From positions 960,001 through 1,024,000 of the forward strand of contig CM000152.2 in assembly GCA_000004695.1 (NCBI GenBank): DNA of 64,000 bases, in the 5' to 3' direction. The notes below the pieces were generated by a model. That model was not told the DNA's origin. It was given only the letters and a program-made list of their open reading frames with translations, and did no database searches. Of this stretch, positions 1-13,351 are shown piece after piece; positions within the stretch are counted from its first letter, which is position 1; each line of letters starts with the position of its first letter. The position numbers were made by a program, and so were the translations under genes. Source of the DNA: Dictyostelium discoideum (taxonomy: Eukaryota).

Positions 1-91
1 TTTCTTTTTTTTCCTTCTTTTTTTTTCTAAACAATTATTAATTTTTTTTTTTTATTATTTTTTTTTTATTTTTATTTTTTTTTATTTTTAG

Positions 92-489
92 ATCTGTATT
101 TAAAGCAATTAAAAAAGGTACAGAAGAAATGGTTGCACTTAAAAATTTTAAAGGTTGGACTGAAGGTGATAGAGCCTCAAAGGAAGAATGTTCATTATTA
201 CAACAATTAAGACATATTCCATATATTACACCAGTCATCGATATCTATACAAATTTTGAAACCTCAGAGTATATCATTGTATTTCCATACTTTGAACATG
301 ATCTCTCTGGTCTTTTAAGTGAACATAGACTATCAATTCCACAAGTTAAATGTTATTTCAAACAATTATTAGAGGGTATAAATGAAATTCATAATGCTGG
401 TGTTATGCACAGAGATATTAAAGGTAATTTATTATTATTATTATTATTATATTTCTCATTTTTTTTTATTATTTTTTATTTGTTTTCTC

Positions 490-527
<38 letters not shown>

Positions 528-2183
528 ATCAAAAAAAAAAACAATGGTATTTTCATAAAAAAACAAAAAAAAACGTTCACCCCCCAACTGACATTCAACT
601 TCAATTTTATTTTTTTTTATTTTTTTATTTTTCCCAAATTTCCGTTTTTTTTTTTTTTTTTTTTTTCGCCAAATTTTTTGATTTTTTTATTTTAATTTTT
701 TTTTAATTTTTTTTTATATAGCTGCAAATTTACTTGTAAATAATAAAGGATCATTATTTATTGGTGATTTAGGTACAGCAACATCATATACAAAAAGATC
801 AGTATTTTCAAGTAAAGTTGTAACATTATGGTACAGAGCACCAGAATTATTATTGGGATCAACTCAATATGGACCAGAAATTGATATGTGGTCAATTGGT
901 TGTGTTTTAATTGAATTAGTTACTTCACGTAACTTTTTACCAGGTAGTTCTGAACAACAACAGCTCGAGGCAATTTGTAAATTATGTGGTACACCAACTG
1001 ATGAAATTTGGCCAAACGTTTCTCAATTACAAAACTTTAATCAAATTTCACATTTACCAGTTTATCCAAGTAGATTAAGAACTGTTTTTAAAAAGTAATT
1101 ATTATTATTTATTATTATTTTTACATTTAAAAATATTCTATAAATTTATTTTATTAATTCATCTTTTTTTTTTTTAATAATTTTAATTTTAATTAAATTT
1201 TTAGCTTTTCAAATGATTTTATAGAATTATTAGAAGGTTTATTAACATTAAATCCAAAGAAAAGATTAACAGCTGAACAAGCATTACAATCACCATTTTT
1301 TACAAATCATCCATTACCATTTAAACCAGAGAATATGCCAGGTTATCAACCAATTCATGTTTTGGAAGCAGTTCAAAAGAGAGTTCAACAACAACAAGAA
1401 TTGGAACAACAAAAGAAACAAGAGGAACAAAAGAAACAACAAGAGGAACAAAAGAAATTAGAAGATCAAAAGAAACAAGAGGAACAAAAGAAACAAGAAG
1501 ATCTATTAAAGAGACAAAGATTGTTAAAGAGACAACAAGAATTAAAGAAACAACAAGATGAACAACGTCAACAAGAATTAATCAAAAAACAACAAGAACA
1601 AGAACAATTAAGATTAAAAGTTGAACATGAAAAACAAAGACAAGAACAAGAAAGATTAAGATTAATTCAACAAGAACAAGAAAGATTAAAAAGACAACAA
1701 CAAGAACATGAACAAAGATTACAAAGAGAACAACAACAACAATTAAATCAACTACAACAACAAAAAGAATCACCTTTAAATAATAGTTATGGTAAAATTA
1801 ATTTAAAGAGATCTTTAGATTTAGTTAATGATATTAGAAATTATTGTACAAGTGAAACTGAAAGTGAATATGAAAGTGATGAAGAGGACTTTTATACTGA
1901 AGAAGAAGTTGAAGATTATTCAAGTGATGAAGAAGATGATTATTATAATGCTCAATCAAATAAATCACTTTATACTCCAATTAAAGCAATGATTCAACAA
2001 CATAATAATAATCAACAACATCAACAACAATATCCATATAGTCAACAACAACAAGAACCAATTTCATCAAATCCATTTTTACAACCACCAAAGAAACAAA
2101 GAACTGCATCAACAGGTTTCAATAATAACAATGGTAATAATAATAATAACAATAATTTATCAACTCCACTCACTATTCATTAA
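92..2183 (+). CDS. Cyclin-dependent kinase, CDK9/CDK12-like, 5' end outside the window. Exons about 92..423, 722..1094, 1205..2183. C-terminal Q/E/K-rich coiled-coil tail.
   Basis: First exon follows a tttttag acceptor at 90-91 and reads ...SVFKAIKKGTEEMVALK (kinase subdomains I-II). Catalytic loop HRDIKAANLL spans the intron 424..721 (donor gtaatt, acceptor tatatag). DLG, VVTLWYRAPELLLG and DMWSIGC motifs follow. Second intron 1095..1204 (gtaatt...ttttag). The frame is continuous to the stop at 2181-2183. Confidence 0.8.
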
Positions 2184-2771
2184 GTTTTTTATAGTCGGTG
2201 ATAGTATGAATACTTTATTGTTTTAATCATCACACACATCAATTTCTCTTTTTTTTCTCCAAAAATATATTCTTAATCATGTCCGATCTTTTACCAATTT
2301 TATAAAAAAAAAAAAAAAAAAAAAAAATCAAAAAAAAAACCAAAAAAAAAAAAAAAAACCAAAAAAAAAAAAATCAAAAAAAAAAAAAATAATCTAATTA
2401 ATCTTGATCGATTTATCCAAATTTATCAAAATTGTTTTTCGCGCAAAAATGTATACAATATTAAAAAAGTAATGTACATATTTATACATACATAAATAGA
2501 TCATATAATCAACTATCTTTTGTATGTCAACCCTTCCCTCTTTTTTCTCTCTCAACTTCCCCTCTCTCCGATTGCCAATAATTCCACAACCCTCTCCACT
2601 CAATCGATCAACCCATAAAATTTTTTCAAACACACACACACAACAATCAATCCGGAAATCCACAATCTTAAAAAATTATGGATGCATCTTTGCTCTCATT
2701 GGGTTTTTTTTCAATAAAAAATTCAAAATTGCGCTTGGTATGGTCTTTAACACAACTTACTTCCTTTTATC

Positions 2772-2815
<44 letters not shown>

Positions 2816-2951
2816 ACCATCTACTCTCAAATCTACTATTGCAAATAATTAATTTAAAATATTTAAATAATTTTTTTAAATTAATAAAAAAGTAATAAAA
2901 AAAAAAAGAGAAGTTTTTGATTCACTTAAAAAAAAAAAAAACACACAGAAT

Positions 2952-2970
2952 TTAAATTCCAAATTTATTT

Positions 2971-3005
<35 letters not shown>

Positions 3006-3877
3006 GTTATTATAAGTTGATGGTGTATAAATGATTTGTTGTTTTGATTGTATGATTGGTTGTTGTATTAATGATGATTTCGATGATGCTTTTCTTTTTT
3101 CTTTTTCAAATACAATCTTTAAACCTTTATTGAAATTAGCAGAAGCTTTTATACTATAAAATAAAACCATTGCTCTTGAAATTATTGAGATGACACAAAA
3201 TAATAAAATTGGAATTGCAAATTGAATTCTTCTATTTTCTGCATTTGTACCATTCACAAGGTCAAGAATTATTAATGTCATTCTCCATATACAAAATCCA
3301 ACTGTAATCCAAGATGTACATAAAAATATTTTGAATATTTTTTTATCTTCTTTCTTAATACCATGATAACCAATTAAAGCCCATACAAAATTTAATAAAA
3401 ACACTGAAACATCTATATAGATTTCATAAATATGATTTAAATAAAATAATATTAAATTTGAAACAACTAATCCTGATATAAAAACATCAATTTTAATGAG
3501 TGATAAGAAAATTTGATAATTTTTATATAATTCTATAATATAAATTTTTAAATTTTAATAAATTAAAATGGTTAGTAAAATAATATATATTTATTTTTCC
3601 AAAATTTTAACTTACTTCTTAATTCAATACTTGTTCCAATTTTCCTGTACAATTTCCAACCAAATTTTTTATAAGAAAAAATACCTAAAATTATATTTAG
3701 AGGTATAAAAACCAATACTGATATAAATCTTATTGAATTTAATACATCTCTATTAAATGTCCAAATATGGTAAAATTGATATGTACCACCCATTGAAATG
3801 GTTGACATTATAAGAATAAATAAAAATAATTGAAATTTATTTTCTTTCCAAATCTATTTTATTTTAAAATTATTAAT

Positions 3878-3935
<58 letters not shown>

Positions 3936-4345
3936 AAAAAATTTTCTTTATTACATACCGAATCAAAAGAATAATAAAATAAGAATAAAGAACATGATAA
4001 ACCTAATATTGAAATTTTTACATTGTCATCCCACCCATCCCATTTGGCAAATCTTATTACAAGCATTGATAAACCAAAAATTAATTCTAAGAAAACACAA
4101 ACTAAAAATATTTTACCAATTGCAGGAATATCAAAAAATTCCGACTTCTTTTTCTGTTATTTTATTATTATAATATTAATATTATTATTAATTAATTATT
4201 TAGTAATTTTTATTTTTAAATTATTTACTTTATTTTAAATACTAACCTTTGGGAATATATCTATAAAAAGTTCTTCATCTTTTACAATTTCATTCGTAAT
4301 ATTATTGTAATCGTTAAAGATTATATTTTGATCTTTATTAATATA

Positions 4346-4405
<60 letters not shown>

Positions 4406-4582
4406 GTTATTTATATCTAGAGTATTATAATAATTATTATGATTATTTAGATATGGTGCAGAAGGGAGAGGAGTTGGTTGTGATTGATAGGTAGTTGATG
4501 ATGATGATGGGCCATAATAAATGTTGTTTTTATTTTCACCTAATAAATTATCCATACTACTATTACTTCTACTTCCATTCAT
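2952..4582 (-). CDS. Multi-pass membrane protein with an N-terminal Asn-rich region. Four exons about 4247..4582, 3959..4147, 3616..3853, 2952..3472 (minus strand).
   Basis: ORF segments 4235-4582, 3854-4066, 3572-3808 and 2952-3404 are linked by phase-compatible splice sites: donors GTTAGT at 4246, GTATGT at 3958, GTAAGT at 3615; acceptors aaaaag at 4149-48, aaaatag at 3855-54, atcag at 3474-73. The predicted protein has 6-7 hydrophobic helices. No family assigned. Confidence 0.5.
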
Positions 4583-4833
4583 TTTTTTTTTTTTTTTTTT
4601 AAAAAAAAAATAAAAAAATTATAAAATTTTTTAATTATACTATAAAGATTAAAAAACTAATAAATAAACTTGAAAATAGTTTCCCTATAAAATTCCAAAT
4701 TGCATACAATGAAAATAAATAGTTAATAAAATAGTTTGAAAATAAAAAAAAAAAATAAAAAAAAAAACTTATAATTTTAAAAAATGGTGGTGGTATATAA
4801 GAATTATTATAAAATAAATAAAATGGAAAGAAA

Positions 4834-4869
<36 letters not shown>

Positions 4870-5268
4870 TTATAATTATTTTTATAGATTAAAATTAAAA
4901 GTATAACTAATAAATAATATTATTTTAAAAAATAAATTTATTATAAAAATTACCCCATCCACTAATATATATTTACCTGTTAAAATTTAATATTAACTTT
5001 CAATGGCTTTACCTAATTTAAATAATAAGGAAAATAATAAATAATAATAATAATAAAGAAAAAAAATAAAAAAGAAAAATTTATATTATAAAAATAAAAA
5101 AAAATAAAAAAAAAATAAAAATAAAAATAATAATAAAAATTAAATTAATTACATTGTTTAAAGCCAGTAAATAAAAAAAAAAAAAAAAAAAAAAAATCAA
5201 TGCAAACAATTACCATTGGTAATTCCACACCCCTCTTAACTTTTTTTTATTTTTTTTTTTTTATTATC

Positions 5269-5299
<31 letters not shown>

Positions 5300-5452
5300 T
5301 GAAATTTAAAAATTTAAAAATGGTAGTGTTAAGATGTGTGAAAAATGTGGGTGATCCAAAAGATTAAAAAAAAAAAAAATCCAAATAAAAATAAAAATAC
5401 TTTTTTAAACAAAACATGTCAAAAAATATAAAAAAAAAAAAAAATTATTTTT

Positions 5453-5914
5453 TTATTGTTTATAATCTATATTTGGATCTTTAATTTCCCCAGGATTATT
5501 ATTATCGTTATTATTATTGAAATGGTTATCTAAATTATCTAAATTATTAAAATTATTTTCTTCATCACGATTATCATTATCATTACCATTATCGTTATCA
5601 GTTGTAGTAGTAGTAGTAATTTCACCATAAGTATTTCTTCTTAAAAAACCTTGATCACCAACCCATTTCTTTTTATTGACAATATATTGTTTATTATTTT
5701 GTCTAATTAAAGTATCAATTAATAATTTCAAAGATTCAACCAATGAATCACAAACTTGTTCACTTTCACCCAATGATTTCATTGATAGAATAGTTGCCTC
5801 CATTGTTGAAATTCTATCAACTTGTGGTTGACTTCTAATTGTATTAAATAATGATTTAAATTTTAAATCTCCAAATTCTAAATGTATCTATTTTTAATTA
5901 AAAAAATTAGTGTA

Positions 5915-6005
<91 letters not shown>

Positions 6006-7016
6006 TAATAATAAAAAAAAAATAATAAAATAGTATACTCTTTTTATATCTTTTGGTATCCTTTTATTAAGTGATTTTGCATTATTCCAAGTACCATCAG
6101 CAATAATAATTGTTAATTTCTCTAATTTATCAATATCAGAACCATCTTTAAAATTAATTTTTTTAATTGAATCTGTAATTGTAGTAATATCATTCTCGAA
6201 ATCATCATCATTAAGATTTTCTTTTTCATTTATTTCATTATTATTTAAATTTTTTTTAAATAATTTATCATTATCTAAAATTATTGATTTTGATTTTAAA
6301 ACATCTTTAATATTAATTGAATCTTTTGAAGGGAATAAAACAAAAGTTGAATCTCTTGAAGATGATTCTAATTTTTTGAAAAATAATTCCTCATCTTGTT
6401 TTTCACCCATTATATAGATTTTTGAAGATGATGAAAAAGTTTGATTATTTATATTATTATAAATTGATGAAGAGTAGTCTGGTGACATTGTTGTTGAATG
6501 ACCACCACTGCCACTGCCACTACCACTACCGCCATCTCTATTCTTAAAATTACTTTTATCACAAAGTAATAATAATTTACCTGTATTACTTGCTCTACAC
6601 CATTCATTTGGATGAAATACAAAGATATATTCATGTTTTAAATCAACTTTATTCACTTTTGAACAAATACAATTTGTTAAGAGTAACCAACAATCATTAC
6701 ATTTTAAATCCTCTTTAAAGTATGAGAATTTTCTTTCCTTAACACCATCATTAATTTGAGTGTAAATTAATTTATTAACTTCTCTATTCTCTCCTGATAT
6801 CGGTTTAACAAATTCTTTTTTAAATTCCATTTTATTTAATCTTCTTTCATTATTAATTTCTTTTCTAAATTTTCTTTTAATTTCATTATTACCATTTTCA
6901 TTTTCATTTTCATTTTGAATTGTTGATGTTAAATTTTGTATTGGTGGTGTTGAATACATAATATTTGTTTGTTTTAGTTTTGAAATTGAATAATAAAGTT
7001 TACTTCTAACAAACAT
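5453..7016 (-). CDS. DTW-domain protein (DTWD-family tRNA-uridine aminocarboxypropyltransferase-like). Exons 6039..7016 and 5453..5887 (minus strand).
   Basis: N-terminal Cys cluster CNDCWLLLTNCICSK and the defining motif LTIIIADGTWNNAKSL (DGTW). Intron 5888..6038 has donor GTATAC and acceptor aaaaatag and contains an (ATT)n tract. Both exons are in phase 0. Confidence 0.7.
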
Positions 7017-7113
7017 ATAAAAAAAAAAAAAAAATGAAAAATAAAAAAATCTGAATCGAAAAAAAAAAATAATGGAGAGGGGTAAGGTTAAAAAATTTTA
7101 ATGGAAATTTATG

Positions 7114-7152
<39 letters not shown>

Positions 7153-7225
7153 AAAATAATTTTATTTATAAAAAAAAAAAAAAAAAAACGAACGAAATTT
7201 ATATATAAATATATATAAATAAAAA
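7017..7225. promoter_or_regulatory. Divergent (bidirectional) promoter region between the DTW gene (minus strand) and AK6 (plus strand).
   Basis: A 209-bp AT-only spacer between two divergent start codons. It contains the TATA-like tatatataaatatatataaataaaaa 20 nt upstream of the AK6 ATG, and oligo(dA/dT) runs typical of dictyostelid promoters. Function inferred from position only. Confidence 0.35.
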
Positions 7226-7869
7226 ATGAATATAAAAAGAAATAAACCAAATATTTTAATTACAGGTACACCAGGTACAGGTAAAACATCACTTGCAGGT
7301 GTTATTGCATCAAATAATGAAATGAATCATATTGATATTTCATCAGCTGTTAAAGAAAAGGAATTACATGATGGTTGGGATTCAGAATTTCAATGTTACA
7401 TTTTAGATGAAGATAAAGTTTGTGATGAATTTGAAGATGTCATGGTTAAAGGTGGTAATGTCGTTGATCATCATGGTTGTGAATGGTTCCCTGAACGTTG
7501 GTTTGATTTAGTAATTGTATTAAGAACTGATATTAAAATTTTAAATGATAGATTAGAAAAAAGGTAAAAAAAAAAAAAAAAAATAATAGTAATAATAACA
7601 CCGAACCCCCCCCCCCTGTCTCCTCCCCCCCATTTCTTTTCTTTATTCTTATCTTTTTTTTATTTTTATTTTTTTACAGAAATTATAATCAACATAAAAT
7701 TACAAATAATTTAGATTGTGAAATTATGCAAGTTATTTTAGATGAAGCAAGAAACTCTTATAAACAAGAAATTGTTGTAGAATTACCATCAACCACATTG
7801 GAAGATAATGAAAATAATCAAAACTTTATTTCACAATGGATTCAAAATTGGTATGAAAAGAATAATTAA
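7226..7869 (+). CDS. Adenylate kinase isoenzyme 6 (AK6/Fap7/hCINAP-like). Exons 7226..7563 and 7680..7869.
   Basis: P-loop PNILITGTPGTGKTSLAGVIA. C-terminal exon RNYNQHKITNNLDCEIMQVILDEARNSYKQEIVVELPS... is collinear with AK6 proteins. Intron 7564..7679 (gtaaaa...tttttacag) is phase 2 and gives an in-frame join. Confidence 0.8.
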
Positions 7870-7898
7870 ATAAAAGAGTTTTATTAATTTATTTATTG

Positions 7899-7930
<32 letters not shown>

Positions 7931-8064
7931 GGAAAAGGATTTACATTATGATAAATAAAATAAATATATAATTATTATTATATATTTCTTTTTTTCTTTT
8001 TTTTTTTTTATTATTATTATTAAATTTTGTTTTGTTTTGTTTTGTTTTTTTTTTTTTTTTTTTT

Positions 8065-9744
8065 TTATGGTTTAGGAATAAAATCTTTTAATGATTCTGT
8101 AATTGATTGAATATCTAAATTTAAAGTTTTAATGATAAATGAAGCAATATCTATATTATTTATATTACCTCTTAAGATTGGATCAATATAATTATCAACT
8201 ATTTCAGTTTGATGATCTTTTAGACGAGTTTCAAATTTACCTTCAGAGATTGTATCACCAAAGGTGTAGAGATTGACATCCTCACCAGTATGACCACCAG
8301 TGGTGAAACCAATATCAGCATAGTTTGAAACGATACGACCAATCACTTGATTGAGATAATAGGCAGACTTGGTTCTATTGATTTCTTTTAAATCATCTGA
8401 TGTTAATGTGTAACCTGTATTATCGAAAATCAATTTCGTTGGATCAGCACCACCTTTGATAAGTTCTGCCATGAGATCAGCAGATTTATTCACTGTCAAT
8501 AATGTCTCTGGTGACCATGAATATTTTGGATTACCATCGATAACCATTTGATTTGCTAATGTAAGACCACCAGTTTCATGATCTGCTGTCACAATTACAA
8601 TGGTATTACCATCCTTCTCTGCCCATTCTCTAACTAGATTAAAAGTTTGATCAAATGCATCAGTCTCCCAAATCTGAGTGGGTGCGTCATTGATATGAGC
8701 TGCCACATCAATCTTTGAGCCTTCCACCATTAAAAAGAAACCATTTTCATTGTTTTGTGAGATTAAATTCAATGCTTTGGTGGTCATCTCCTGTAGGGAT
8801 GGTTTGGTTGAAAGTAATGTTGGATCTCTTAAACGATCGATTTCCCAAGGTATGTTGTAATCTGCAAAGAGTCCTAAAATTCTACCTGCTTCAACTTGTT
8901 CCATCTCTTGTTTACTCTCAACATACGAGTAGTTGTATTTGCTTGATACAGCATCTTGAAGTGTTTTATTGCTAAAGAATTGTTTACCACCACCCAATAT
9001 CACATCGATCTCCTTGTCCAACAATTGATCGATAATGAATGCCTCGTCATGACGCGTTGCGCTGTGTGCGAAATAGCATGCTGGTGTCGCATCAGAGATA
9101 CGAGTTGTGACGACCAATCCTGTCTTCATACCCAACTTTTTAGCTGCCTCAATGATTGTGCCTGCTGGCTTGCCATTTGCATCGACACCCACTGCATTAT
9201 TATACGTCTTGACACCACTTGCATAGGCCGTTGCCGCTGCGGCACTGTCGGTAACCACACTGTTGCTTGAGTATGTCTTCACTGTGCCCACTATATATGG
9301 GTCTAAATGTAAATGTGCCTGACTTGTACTCTCACCTTTTGTATGAAAACATACTCTTGCCATGGTCAACGCTGCTGGTCCCATACCATCACCAATCATC
9401 ATAATTATATTTGTCTTTTTCTTTGGGCCTTCCCATCCTCTTGGTAATAAAAACACAATCAATAACACAACAGTCACTAGTATTGCCAATGATGTCAATA
9501 TGTAAAAAATTCTCTTATGTGTACTTGTGAATCTTTTCTTGCTATCAAAATCTTCTTCTAATAAAAAGTGGGATACAACTTTACCACCACCACCACTACT
9601 TACACCTGATGATGATGTCATTGGCTCCATTGGAATTGCAGTGGATCCATCCATTTCATCTTTATCATTACCACCACCACCACCACCACCACCACCGCCA
9701 ATACCCGATTCACGGATTGATGATGAATTTGGTGCTTGTTCCAT
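8065..9744 (-). CDS. alp: Alkaline phosphatase (559 aa) with an N-terminal Gly-rich cytosolic segment and one TM helix. Single exon.
   Basis: Alkaline phosphatase family signatures: MMIGDGMGPA..., VTDSAAAATAYASGVKTY (active-site Ser region), VTADHETGG. The uninterrupted 1680-nt ORF is exceptional in 78% AT DNA. The gene symbol is my recollection of the Dictyostelium alp gene and is not verified. Confidence 0.75.
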   Translation of the reverse strand: MEQAPNSSSIRESGIGGGGGGGGGGNDKDEMDGSTAIPMEPMTSSSGVSSGGGGKVVSHFLLEEDFDSKKRFTSTHKRIFYILTSLAILVTVVLLIVFLLPRGWEGPKKKTNIIMMIGDGMGPAALTMARVCFHTKGESTSQAHLHLDPYIVGTVKTYSSNSVVTDSAAAATAYASGVKTYNNAVGVDANGKPAGTIIEAAKKLGMKTGLVVTTRISDATPACYFAHSATRHDEAFIIDQLLDKEIDVILGGGKQFFSNKTLQDAVSSKYNYSYVESKQEMEQVEAGRILGLFADYNIPWEIDRLRDPTLLSTKPSLQEMTTKALNLISQNNENGFFLMVEGSKIDVAAHINDAPTQIWETDAFDQTFNLVREWAEKDGNTIVIVTADHETGGLTLANQMVIDGNPKYSWSPETLLTVNKSADLMAELIKGGADPTKLIFDNTGYTLTSDDLKEINRTKSAYYLNQVIGRIVSNYADIGFTTGGHTGEDVNLYTFGDTISEGKFETRLKDHQTEIVDNYIDPILRGNINNIDIASFIIKTLNLDIQSITESLKDFIPKP

Positions 9745-10191
9745 CTTTGTATAATTTACTTTTGAAGAAGTAGAATTATTTGTAATGTTACTGGGATTTG
9801 TAATTGTGCTTTATTAATCCTAATAGTTTCTTTAACAAAAAAAAAATAATAATTTCAAACAAAACTATAAAAGATTTTGAAATTATATAAAAAGTATTAT
9901 TATAATTATTATTAATATGATATTTTAATTAATTTAAAAAAAAAATAAAAAAAAATAAAAAAATAAAAAAATTGGGAAAAAAAAAAATAAAAAAACAATT
10001 AAAAATAAAAAAAATAAAAACAAAAATAAAAATATTTACCAACGTTTTTTTATTTTGTTTTTTTTTTTATTATTTTTTAATTTAACAGTTTAATTTTTAA
10101 TTTTTAATTTTTATTTTACATAAAAAAAGATAAAATAAGAATAAAAAATAATAATAATAAATAAGATTTAAAAAAAAAAAAAAATTATAAG

Positions 10192-10254
<63 letters not shown>

Positions 10255-10897
10255 AAAAGAACAAAAGAAGAATAAAAAAATGTGTGTGTTAATAGTAATA
10301 GAAATTATTATTAGAATATAAACCACACACACACAAACACAAACACACACACCATTAAGGTTTCTGTTTTTTTTTTATTTTTATCACTCTTAATACATGA
10401 TCGAAAACATATTTAATTCGAGGTAAAATTTTAAAAATAGAATTTTTTAGAATTAGAACAAAAAAAAAAAAAAAAAAAACAGGATTGGTTCTGTTTTTTT
10501 TTGTTTTTTGTTTTTTTAAAATTATTAATAACTTTGATTTGGAGTAATAAATATTAATTTCTTCTTGAAGGTGAAATTTTTAAAAATTAGTGTGAATTAT
10601 CATTGTTATTGTTTTAGCTAATTACAATTAAGGAAAAAAATAAAATAAATAATAATAAAAATAAAAATAAAATAAAAAAATTAATATTAATAGTTATAAT
10701 CTTACAAATTCACAAAAATATTGATTGTGATAAAAATCAATTTTCAATTATATGTATATTGCATACATTTTTTTTTTTTTTTTTTTGGATCTGTTTGTGC
10801 AATAAACAATTCCCAAAAAAAAAAAAATTAAGGAAAATGAAGTTTTTTTAAAAATATAATTCAAATAAAAAATTTTTAAAAAAAAAAAAATAAAAAA

Positions 10898-10930
<33 letters not shown>

Positions 10931-11317
10931 ATTTTTTGAGCGTGTGTGCACCCAAATTTTATTTGTTTATTGAATTATTTATTATTTATTTTTATTTAAC
11001 AATAAAAACAACTACAACAACAATAACAATAACAACAACAATTATTATATATATATATATATATATCTATCTATATATTACAAATTGAGTAATATATTTG
11101 TATTTATATCAACACATACAGAAAAATAAAAAAAAAAAAAAATAATAAATAATAAATAAAAAAATAAAAATAAAATAAAAATAAAATAAAAATAAAAAAA
11201 AATAAAAAAAACAATAAAAAAAAAAAAAAAAAAAACTCAAACAACAACAATTATATCATCCAATAGCAACACAACAAAAAAAGTAATAATAATAATAATA
11301 AATTAATAAAAAATAAT

Positions 11318-12646
11318 ATGGGTAATATTATCGATAAATCAAAAGATAATCATGAACCTGTGAATCAAGATGCATTTGTATTTTGGAGATCTTTAAAAAA
11401 GATTTATGAAGATCCTGATTCTTTAAATACAAGATTCTCTGAATTCATGGATGGCTTTCAAAATGGTGATTTTAATAATGAATCTTCAAATTCCAAATCA
11501 GGTAAGTTTATTATAATACTAATTAAAATAAAATTTTAAAAAAAAAATAAAAAAAAATAAAAAAAATGAATTAATAATAATTTTTTTTTTTTTTTTACTA
11601 TTTATTTATTAATTTTTAAAAAATAATAAATAAATAAATTAATAAATTAATAAATAAATAAATAAATAAATAAATAAATAGGAAAAAGAGAATCAAAAAA
11701 TGAATCATATGTTTTAATGGGAGAAACATCAAAAGGTGATGTAAAGAAACCAGTTAATTCAAGTAAGATATCATTTGTATTTTCAGAAAGTCAAGAAGCA
11801 GAGGCAATTAATAGAAATTTATTACAAACGATCAATTGTAAATTACAATTGATTCCAATAGAATTGAATCATTTCACATTGAATTTAGATAATCATTATA
11901 TAAGTGAGAGGATGTTTCTCTCTATATGTGCAACCTTTTTAGAGAATAATAAAAACTATCATAATCGTCATATGTCGACAACGTTGAAGGAGACACCATT
12001 GAATACAGTGAAAAAGAAGAAAATTCAATCAGAGTTACAAGATTACATTTCAAAATATTATTTCACAATTACAAAGTTGTCTTTGAAAAAGATATTACTC
12101 TCAACGAGATCATTGGAAGGTTTATCACAAGTTTTGAGAACAAATAGATCAATTGTAGAGTTGGATTTGGGTGGCAATGATTTAAGTTGTAATGGTGGTA
12201 TTCCAATTTTAATCGCAGGTCTAAGGGAGAATAAAACCATCACCCGTTTAAATCTATCAGATATTCATGCATATGATGAAGGTGCCTTTATGATCTCTGC
12301 TTATCTATTGTGTAGTAAATCTGTCAAAATCATTGACCTCTCAACAAATCATATCTCTGACAGAGGTTTCGAGTCATTATTGGCCGCTGTCACTAGAAAC
12401 ACTCTCATCACTTCATTATTCCTATCAGATAATAATATAGAATCATCAAAAATTCATTCTCTAAATCATCTTCTTAAAAGAAATACTGCAATTCAATCGG
12501 TTTTTGATCAAATTTTTGATTCAATCCCTTGGAATAGAAAATTTAAAACAAAGGTAGCTTCATTTAAAAGAAATGTTTTAAAAACTAGAACAAATAGTAC
12601 ATTAAATGTTGAACAAATTGAAGATGATAAAACTCCATTATTTAGA
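11318..12646 (+). CDS. N-myristoylation-motif (MGNII) leucine-rich-repeat protein, ribonuclease-inhibitor-like LRRs. Exons 11318..11501 and 11682..12646. The 3' end is uncertain: a GTAAGT donor at 12647 has no clear downstream exon, and read-through would add a hydrophobic tail ending at 12724.
   Basis: Exon 1 MGNIIDKSKDNHEP... ends at donor g|gtaagt (phase 1). Acceptor aaataaatag at 11680-81. Exon 2 contains RNI-type LRRs: LDLGGNDLSCNGGIPILIAGLRENKTITRLNLSD..., IDLSTNHISDRGFESLLAAV..., LFLSDNNIESSKIHSL. Confidence 0.55.
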
Positions 12647-13213
12647 GTAAGTAAAATAGTTTATTTTTATTTATCATTTTTATTTTTAATCATATATTTT
12701 TTTCGCCAGTGGAAAACTGGTTGAAATTTGTAGAAAAATTTTAGATTTTTTTTTTTTTTTGTTTTTTTTTTTTAATTTTTTTTTTTTTATTATTTTTTTA
12801 TTTTATTTTATTTTTTAAAAATTTTCTTTTTTTTTTTTTTTTTTTTCTTTTAATTTAGTTTATAGAAATCACAACACAAATTTATTCATTCACATATATT
12901 CACATTACACACAATCAACAAAAAAACATAAAAAAAAAAAAAAAAAAAACATAAAAAAAGTCATAAAATTATTTCGTGGGTCAAATTAATTATTTTATTT
13001 TTACTTTAATTAAAACCCCACCTTTTTTTTTTTCTTTTTTTATTATTTTTTTAATTTTATTTTATTTTTTATTTTTTTTTAATTTATTTTTTATTTTTGC
13101 ACAAATACGAATTCAAAATTAATTAAAATTTCACCATATACTTTTCCACACGTTTACATAAATATAAATAATATTTTTAAAAAATATAAATATATACATA
13201 TAATAATAATTTT

Positions 13214-13250
<37 letters not shown>

Positions 13251-13270
13251 TCAATTTTTTTATAAAAATA

Positions 13271-13351
<81 letters not shown>

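Noticed and set aside
2394-2895. ORFs 2394..2663 (-) and 2524..2895 (+) in the convergent intergenic island.
   Set aside because: Low-complexity translation (poly-K from an A-run, Pro/Ser from the CT-rich tract), no signal or domain features. Retained only as a compositional anomaly in the findings.
8715-9270. Two plus-strand ORFs (86 and 104 aa) inside the alkaline phosphatase gene, and 9527..9754 (poly-Pro).
   Set aside because: They are antisense to a strongly supported 559-aa ORF with clear family motifs. Relatively GC-rich coding DNA yields open antisense frames by chance.
12647-12760. Possible terminal micro-exon of the LRR gene after the GTAAGT at 12647.
   Set aside because: No acceptor or ORF combination gave a convincing continuation, and read-through adds only a hydrophobic tail before a stop at 12724. 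The 3' end is left unresolved rather than invented.
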